A stretch of DNA of 64,000 nucleotides, from the IMG/VR virus record IMGVR_UViG_3300035428_000406; one strand, given 5' to 3'. Source of the stretch: an uncultured virus (IMG/VR IMGVR_UViG_3300035428_000406). Lineage: Duplodnaviria; Heunggongvirae; Uroviricota; Caudoviricetes. This document shows positions 10,101-19,100 of the stretch, in pieces. Position numbers and translations under genes: made by a program. The notes under the pieces were generated by a model, which did not search any database, was not told the origin of the DNA, and saw nothing but the letters and a program-made list of their open reading frames with translations. Every line of letters starts with the position of its first letter. Position 1 is the stretch's first letter.

Positions 10101-13100
10101 CGACCTCGACAACTCTGCGTTGGCCGAGCGTATTGATGTGTCCGATGATGATTGGACTGAGGGAGAGGACCAGACACCCACTTACAAGCGCACAATCACT
10201 ATCGACGGCAAGCACCAAGTCATTCAGATCGACGAACCCGACGGCAATGGCTTCTACATTGGCTCACGCTTCGAGTATCAGGGTGAACACTTCGGTAGCC
10301 TTACCGAAGTGATAGACCACATCGACAAGCAGGCTCAACTCGCCGCTAACATCGCCGAAGCTGAAGCCGAGGTTAACACCGACCCAACACCGGGACAGAA
10401 GGAAGCGGGCAACTATAAGAAAGGCCATGTGCAGGTTGGCACATTCGACGTGACAATCGAAAATCCAAGAGGTTCAATTCGTCGCGGTACTGACGCTAAC
10501 GGAAAAGAGTGGCAGACCGAAATGAAGAACACCTACGGCTATATTCGTGGCACTGAAAGTGTTGACGGCGACCACATCGACGTATTCCTTGCTGAAAATA
10601 TTGATGAATGGAATGGCCGCAGAGTATTTATTGTCGACCAGTACAACGAGGACGGCACATTCGATGAGCATAAAGTCATGCTCGGCTTTAATGACAAGGC
10701 CGACGCTGTAATCGCATACCAATCCAACTATGAAGACGGCTGGATGCGCAAGCGTCGTATTGTTGTCAATTCCGTAATCATCGAAGACTTCGAGAAATGG
10801 ATTGAGAGCAGCCACCGCAAGACAAAACCATTTGCCGACTACACCATATCGCAGCGAGGAGAGACCGAAGAAGTCGGTGGCAGCAGCAACGAAGATAATC
10901 AAGACAGTAACGGCTTGATAAAACTCCGCGAACTTCTGACATCAAAAGGCATGAACTCGGACGGTGTTGCCAATGTTGAAACAGTTGTAAAAACTTTGGC
11001 AAAACAACTTTCGGGAAATCTCCGGCTTCGCTCAATACTTGACAGCAATGGTTATGATTGGCAAAAGGAGGAGGCTGCAATGAATCTTGTCGGTGACTTA
11101 ATGAACGACCGCATGTTGAGTGGAGCAGAAGAAACTATCGACATACTGTTCAAAAGCGAGCCTTACAATGAAGCAATCAGAACGGCAATTGCTCATGAGG
11201 CACTTAACATTCTGATTGATCAGGATAACATCGCAATCGGGAACAGTACAACTCAAAGCAATGGTTATACTATCTCTGCCAAACCGTACACCAACAAGCA
11301 GCAGAAAACGCTCGACACCTATCTTGTTACCTTTGAGCGCGAGTTGAGCAAGGAAGAAAAGAAAGCAATGTCGGCCACAGCTCGCTCCGATTTTAAGGGT
11401 TGGTATGATAAGGAGACCGGCGGTTTTATGCTCCGAAGCCGTGAGGACGCCGAGGCTTTCGCCCAAAAGTATAACATCACAGATGAATCTCCGCTGTCGG
11501 TTGATGATATGCGCCCGGCTGAAGCAGCTGTGGAACAAACATCAACGGAACAGGCCAAAGAAGATGTTGCCGAAGACGACAACGAAAAGCCGGTCAATCC
11601 GAGTGGCAACCGTATTGTGACTGATGAACAGTATGCCGACTATCTCGCCCGATTCAAGAAGAAGCTCGGTGGACAGCTCAATATGGGTATCGACCCCGAA
11701 ATTTTACAACTCGGCGCGATGATGGCTGTGTACCACATCGAAAAAGGCACACGCAAATTTGCCGCCTATGTCAAGGCTATGATACACGACCTTGGCGAAA
11801 TGTCGGATAAAGTGCCGTACCAGTATCTCAAAGGCTTCTACAAGAACGCCCACAACATGCTTGAATTTGACGCGCCCGATATTGCCAAGGAAATGGACAG
11901 TGACGAGGTCGTCAACGCTACCGATGTCGCCGCAATAGTCAGTGGCCATATCGACGCTATTGCCACAGCCGAAATGGTAACCGCCGAGCAACAGGCAGAA
12001 GCAGAACGTTCCGAGGCAGAACGCAAACTCAAAGAGGAACGCAACAAGCGTAGAACCAACGCAGACGGTTCTACCACCACGACTATCAATGAGGGTGGTA
12101 CGGAGATAGAAATAACCGAGGGTGACTTTATACCCGGAGTGCTCCCAACTCTCGATACCGAGAAGAAACCCTCCGTCAAAAAGAAACCCGGCAAAGCAAA
12201 ACCGAAGCCAACGACCGACGACGGTTTGTTTGATACCGTCGAGGACGACGCAACGGTAGCACCAACTATCGCCGTACCAGAACAGCGACCTGCTGCAGAC
12301 CTCATCGGCGATTCTGCCGCATATCAGGAGCGAGAGGCACAGACCGTTGAATTGGTAGAGGAAATCGGCGGCGTGATTGAGAACCGTGTCGACATGCTTC
12401 AGCTCGATTCTGAAAGCGTGAAACCTCTTACCATGACCGATGTTAAGAAAATGGCCGCGAAGTATCCCGCCCTCAAAGATATTAGCGACACCGACCTTCA
12501 GGAACTTGTCGAGCTTGCGATGACACAGCTTACGCGCTCCGAAGCCCTTGTTAACATCGACAGCACAGCCGAGCAGCAGCGGTCAGCCTACGACCGCATT
12601 GTCAACCTGTATCAGATACAGCCGAGTCTCAACGCACGCGACAGTGAACGCCTCATCAAGCAGCAGTATTCCACACCTACACCTTTCGGCTTCGTAATGG
12701 GCCAATTCGTCCGCGCCGGAGGAAAGGCCGTTGGCAGTATGCTGGAGCCAAGCGCAGGTAACGGCGCACTCACAATTACCGTACACCCGTCTGTCGTCCA
12801 TGTGAACGATATAGACGACGCACGGCTTGCCAATCTTCGCAAACTCGGCTACGGACAAGTGACAGCACAGGACGCACTGTTGCCTTTCAATGGCGATAAG
12901 GTGGACGTTGTTATGACGAACCCACCGTTTGGCACTGTAACTGAAAAGGTATACGACGGCATTTTCCGTGTTTCGAGCCTTGAGGGCCAAATGGCAATCA
13001 ACGCTCTGGAGCAGATGAAAGACGACGGTCGAGCCGCAATCGTGATAGGTGGAAACACAAGTTATCGCACAAATGGCTCGATGAACCCCAAAGATGCCGC

Positions 13101-16100
13101 ATTTTTTGGCTATCTTTACAGCCACTATAACGTCACAGATGTTATCAACATAAGCGGCAAGGCTCTATACTCTCGCAATGGTACAGGCTACGATGTGCGC
13201 ATGATACTGATTGACGGACGCAAGACCGGCGAATTTCAGCGTGTCTATCCACCCGTCAAGGCCAAAGCTCGCGCAGAGCAGGTAACAACATTTGACGAAC
13301 TTTATAAACGTGTTCAAGATGATATACAGCAAATTCAGCAAATGGGGCGTCAGTCTGCCGATGTGCAGCGAGACCCTGAAACAGCCGCTGACGGAACAGC
13401 GGGTGCGCCTGTTCGTTCAGGAAACAATCGTCCGAACGCAGGAGCAGGGCAACGACCCGGTACAACAAGCAATGCAGTCCGAGATACACCCCGGACCGAT
13501 AGCGGACAGTCTACACCCACAAATGACAGCCAACGACCTGTTGGAGTGGATAATGCAGACGCAGGAAATGCAGGAAGCACTGATAATGTTCCGCAACCAA
13601 AGCCCCAACAGCCCCGAAGCGTCGGAAGTGGAAGCACACAAGATGGAACAGGAAGAAGTGGAAGCGATGGACGTGGAGCAACTTCTTCTCGACCTGACCG
13701 TGGCGCAGAGCGACTGGAGGTAAAACCCGACCTCACTACCGAGAAAGTACCATATCCCAACCAAAGTGACAACGGTTTTACCCTCATGTCGGTAGTGCCG
13801 GCGGCACAGGCAACGGTACTACAAAAGAGCCTCGGCGAAATCGGAGACGTAGACCAATACCTCGTAGATGAGCTTGGCTATTCGAGTAAAGATGAACTTT
13901 ACAAATATCTTGCAGCCGAGCAGATAGACTCCGTTGCACTTGCCATACACCAAATGAATAAGGGCAACGCCTTTATCATCGGCGATATGACAGGTGTAGG
14001 AAAAGGCCGTCAGGGTGCGGCCCTCATACGTTATGCAGTTAAACAGGGCAAAGTGCCTATTTACTTCACGCAGAAACCTACACTCTATACTGATAACTAC
14101 CGAGACCTTGCAGACATCGGCAGCAGTGATCTCCGTCCGTTCATTATAGCGTCCAACGCCAAAGACGCTAATATCGTTGACGCAGACGGCAATATCGTTC
14201 ACAAGCTCCCGTCGAAGAAAGAGCAAGAACGTGTGTATAACTACATCATGGAGCATGGCACACTTCCTGATGAGTACGATTATGTACTTACCACATACGA
14301 CCAAATCAAGAATGGTACAGCCGACTATGCACAGAATGAAGACGGCACATGGGCAATCGGAGCGCGAAAGCTGCCAAAGAACAGCAAGGGCTACACAACT
14401 GCCGACCATAACGGTCAGACGCGGCGCGATGCACTCGCAAGACTCGCAGAGGGCAATATCGCCATACTTGACGAGAGCCATACCGTTGGCGGCGATAGTG
14501 GCTGTGGCCGCTATATGCAGATGTTGACATCACAGGCCGGCGGTGTCACATTCCTGTCAGCTACATTTGCGAAGCGCGCGGACAACATGCCTATATATGC
14601 ACAACGTACTGCAATCGCAGAAGCCGGTGTTAAAGCCTCTGAACTGATTGAGGCTATTATGAAAGGTGGTGTTACCTTGCAGGAAATCATGTCGAAGCAG
14701 TTGGTTGAATCCGGCCAAATGATAAGACGTGAGCGCAGCTTCGAGGGCGTGACTATTGATTGGTTAAGTGTAGAGGAAGAAACAAACCGCCGTCAGCGTG
14801 AGCAGTTTAACGAAGTCGCCAACATCTTCAACGCCATTCGTAACTTCCAAGACGACTACATCACACCGATAATCGACGCCAAAAACGAAGCAGCCGCAGA
14901 GTTTGGTGCAACCGTAGGCCATACACAAGGCACAAAGGACTTGGGCGTTAAGAATGTTCCATTTGCCTCGAAGATGTATAACCTCGTCAATCAGTTGCTC
15001 TTTGCCCTGAAAGTGGACGCTGTTGCTGACCGTGTAGTAGAAAACCTGCGTAATGGCTACAAGCCTGTTATCAGCTTCACAAATACAATGGAAGGCTTCT
15101 TGTCATCAGCTCCGAAAGGTGTTGCTATGGATGATGTGCCTAACTTCTCGCTCACTCTCATGCGAGCACTCGACGGAGTAATGCGTTTTACCGAAAAGGA
15201 CGCAGACGAAAATAGCGAGGGTGGTACTATATCTTTGAGCGACCTTTCGGCAGAGGGGCAAAATGCCTACAATGCAATTCGTGAAAAGATAATGAACCTT
15301 AGTGCCGACCTGCCAATATCTCCTATGGACGCAATCCGCATGAAGATAGAGGAAGCCGGTTACAGCGTCGCCGAGATAACAGGACGCACTATGCAGCTCA
15401 ACCGAACCGAGGACGGCCGATATATCGTTGAGGCTCGAAAAGACCGAGATAAGAAAGCCGCCATGCGTGACTTCAACTCAGGCAAGCTCGATGTGTTGAT
15501 GATTAACAAATCAGGCTCTACGGGCATATCGCTTCATGCGTCAAGCAAGTTTGAGGACCGTCGTCCCCGTGTCATGGTGTTTGCTCAATTCCAGAGCGAC
15601 ATTAACGACGAGGTGCAAATGCGAGGCCGTATCGACCGCAGCGGACAGGTTACCCGTGGCCGCTACGAATACATCATGTCGACAATCCCGGCAGAGCAAC
15701 GTATTCAAATGATGTTCAAGGCCAAGTTAAAGAGCCTCGACGCAAATACAACATCGTCGCAAAAGTCGAAATTCAATGAAATGGAGATTGTTGACTATCT
15801 AAACAAGTACGGCGATGAAGTTGTGTGGGAATACATGAAAGAACACCCCGAACTTGCAGAACGTCTCGGCGATCCGTTGAATATGCTTCAGGAGAAAAAC
15901 GATGAAGACGGGCCTCGCACGTCTGACAAAGAGGACACATCGAAGAAGTCGGGCTGCGCAGGTAAAATTTCGCGCTATCTTGCTTTCCTTTCCGTTGAGG
16001 AACAGGACGAGATATTCCGTGAAATCACTGAAGCCTATCGTGTGAAAATCCAGCTTCTTGACGACGCCGGAGAAAATGACCTTGAAATCACTACGATGCC

Positions 16101-19100
16101 ACTACGCGCCGATACCAAGCGCAAGCAGATTTGGCACGACGGAGAAAACCCCGGCAGCGGCAACGCTTTCGCCGACAACACCTATGTCGAAGAAGTCGAG
16201 GTTGACGTACTGAAAAAGCCGATGAAGCGCAGCGAAATAGCGGAAGCAACTCGCAAATTCATGGGAGAACACTATGCCGAATTAAACGGCAGCGTGGATT
16301 GGCAGCACTATATTCGCACCAAAGGCGATGAGATTGAACTATTCTTCCAGGCAAAGGCAAACGAAGCCGTCGGTAAATTGAGAGAAGCCGGAGAAGCCCG
16401 TATCGCCAAAGCAAGAGAAAAAGCGGTTAGTTCTGCAACGAAAGCAAGAGGGCGAGGCGAAAACAACTTTACTGACGAGGAAATTCAGTCTCTCGCTGAT
16501 ACCGTTGCCAATGAGGAACGCCTAAAGGAAGAACAGAAACAGCGTAAACGCCACGAAGAAATCATGGCTGTAAAAAATCGTATTCTGTCGTTACTCAACA
16601 GTCTTCGTGCGGAAAAAATCTATGTCGTGCCGCAAGACCTTAAACAAGGTACTGCGGAAATGTTCTCGCAGACATTTGGTACATTCGTTGGTTTCAAATT
16701 CAACAAGAGCTATACGCTCGGCTCTTCGACCGCAATATTCGCGACACTCGACGGCCGTCGTAAAGTTGAACTGGCGTTGAGCGATTCTGCAATCAACACT
16801 ATAATGGGCGCGACGGAAATTGCCTACCGCTATTCTCCGAAAGAGATTAACGCAATCACTATGGAGAATTGGGATAGTAATGTACCTACGCAGACACGTC
16901 AGAAGCGGTACATCATTACCGGCAATCTTCTTCAGGCTCTCGTTGATACCGAGAAAGGCGATAAGACCAGAGGCAACCTCATTAATTATTCCACTATTGA
17001 CGGAGAAACACGTCAGGGTATCCTTATGGGCGAGAATTTCAAACTGACCGACCTGCGCAACAGCGCACCGTTGAGCAGTCGCCTCGCCCAGATAAGAGAG
17101 GGCAAAGCCATAGTCAGCGAGAATGGTGACGTGCAGATCGAGCGTGAAATGTACGATTGGCGACATCGTGGCGAATATGAATTGCGCGTACCGAAGTCAA
17201 AGCAACGCGGTGGCATTTACACAATGCACCCCGACCTGTTGAAACTCGTAGACGGTCACAACTTCATAACCAAAGGCAACAGCATGGTTGCGTATGTAGC
17301 CGAGGCTGATATTGCCAAAGTGGTGGATATGTTGAGCCGTGCGCCGTTCAACCTTACAGTGCTGCAAGAGTCGAAGCTATCGGACGTTTCAGCAGATGAA
17401 GCAGAGGACGATGTCCTGTGCCGCCCTGTGACCGATAAGGCCACCCTTGAACACCTGAATAGCGAACCCACAATCAAGGTCTACCGAGCCATGCAGATTA
17501 TTGACGGAGGTCTCCGTCCGCCAATGTCGGCAAGAGTAAGTGGGAAACTGCGCGAGGCTACTGAAATCGGTGTATGGGAAGAAGCAGAGGAACGCCCGGA
17601 ACTCGCAGACGATAAAGGCAAATTCAAACTCAACAAGGGTAATGGCAAGACTATCGACGCCGCATATAATCCCTATATCCATACGTCACGGTCGCCTATA
17701 AACGACCAGTTCAGTAGCGCATGGAGCCGCCCCGAACTTGTAACGGTCGAGGTTGAAGTTCCGGCGAGTGAGTTGACAAGCGAATACCATGCAGAGAAAG
17801 CTAAAGACAGCGTTGGAGAAAAGGAATGGAAGAGCGGTCCCGTAGGTCGCGCACTGGCCAAGGTCGGTCAGGTGCGTAAAGTCATACTTAGCCGCTGGAG
17901 CAGAGTTGTCCGTGTCGTTCCTATCGAAGAAGTAGCCGACGCTTTTGCACAGCGACTGAACGCCCACGGTATAGAAGTGCCGTTTAACACAGTGCCCCCG
18001 GCTCTGCGCGACGCACTTGTTGAACGTGGCGTGAAGATTGGCAAGCCTGAAAACAGCAATGCCGGTAAGGCTTCAATGCCAGCTTTCGAGCAGTGGATAC
18101 TCGAACAAGAGCGTCAGCGAATGGGCGACGGCTACGGTGCTTACAGCGACGCAGAGGTATCGTATGCCAACGACCCTATATCAAAGGTAATGGGCAAAAA
18201 CCGTTTCAGCAAGAAGCGTCAGGCCGAGTTTGCCGCTCGTGAGCGTCAGCGCATGGCGACCCGTATTCAGGAGCTTGCAGAGCGTATGCACCTCAACAAC
18301 GTGGAGATTCTCACGGACGCTTCACAGCTTGAAGGCAAGAGAGCCAAAGCAAAGGGTTTCTACAACAAGCGCACAGGCAAAATCACAATCGTAATCCCGA
18401 ACAACATCAGCACTATCGATGCAGAGCAGACACTTCTCCATGAAGCCGTGGCACATTACGGCTTGCGTCAGCTTTTCGGAGAGCAGTTTAATACGTTCCT
18501 CGATAACGTGTATGATTCTGCGGACGAGAGCATACGTCGCAAGATAGCAGAAATGGCCGCTAAAAACGGCTGGGACTTTCGCACTGCAACCGAGGAATAT
18601 CTTGCAGGACTGGCCGAAGATACTAATTTCAGCGAGGCGCAGAACTATTCGGGTTGGTGGTCGAAAATTAAACGTCTGTTCCTTTCTATGCTTGAAAGCA
18701 TAGGTTTCGAGGGTTTCCGCGACAAGACGGGTGTTGTCTTGACCGACAACGAACTTCGCTATATCCTATGGCGTAGCTATGAAAATCTTGCCGAGCCGGG
18801 CCGTTACCGCAGCATACTCGGAGAGGCCGCAGACGTAGCCAAGCAGAGCGAGTTGAAAGTCGGCAACTATGCAGAGCAAGGTATCGAAGCAGATTATGCC
18901 GCAGAGGGCGACATGTATCGTTCCGGCGACTTTTCGCCCCGTGACCGTGTGTTTGCTCGCTATGCCTACGAGAGCATGGTGAGAAGTGGCAGCTATCAAT
19001 TCAAAGAGGCCGTTCAAGATAGTATGTTAGGGCTTAAGAAACTCTATCAGGCTATTCTCGGCAGGAATACCCGAATTGAAGATGTCCCCGGCTTTGAGAA

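Noticed and set aside
11405..11620. Other same-strand alternative-frame ORFs in the giant gene (also 4607-5299, 8318-8920)
   Set aside because: R/S/P/T-rich shadow sequences over well-formed main-frame domains, unlike the two nested ORFs reported
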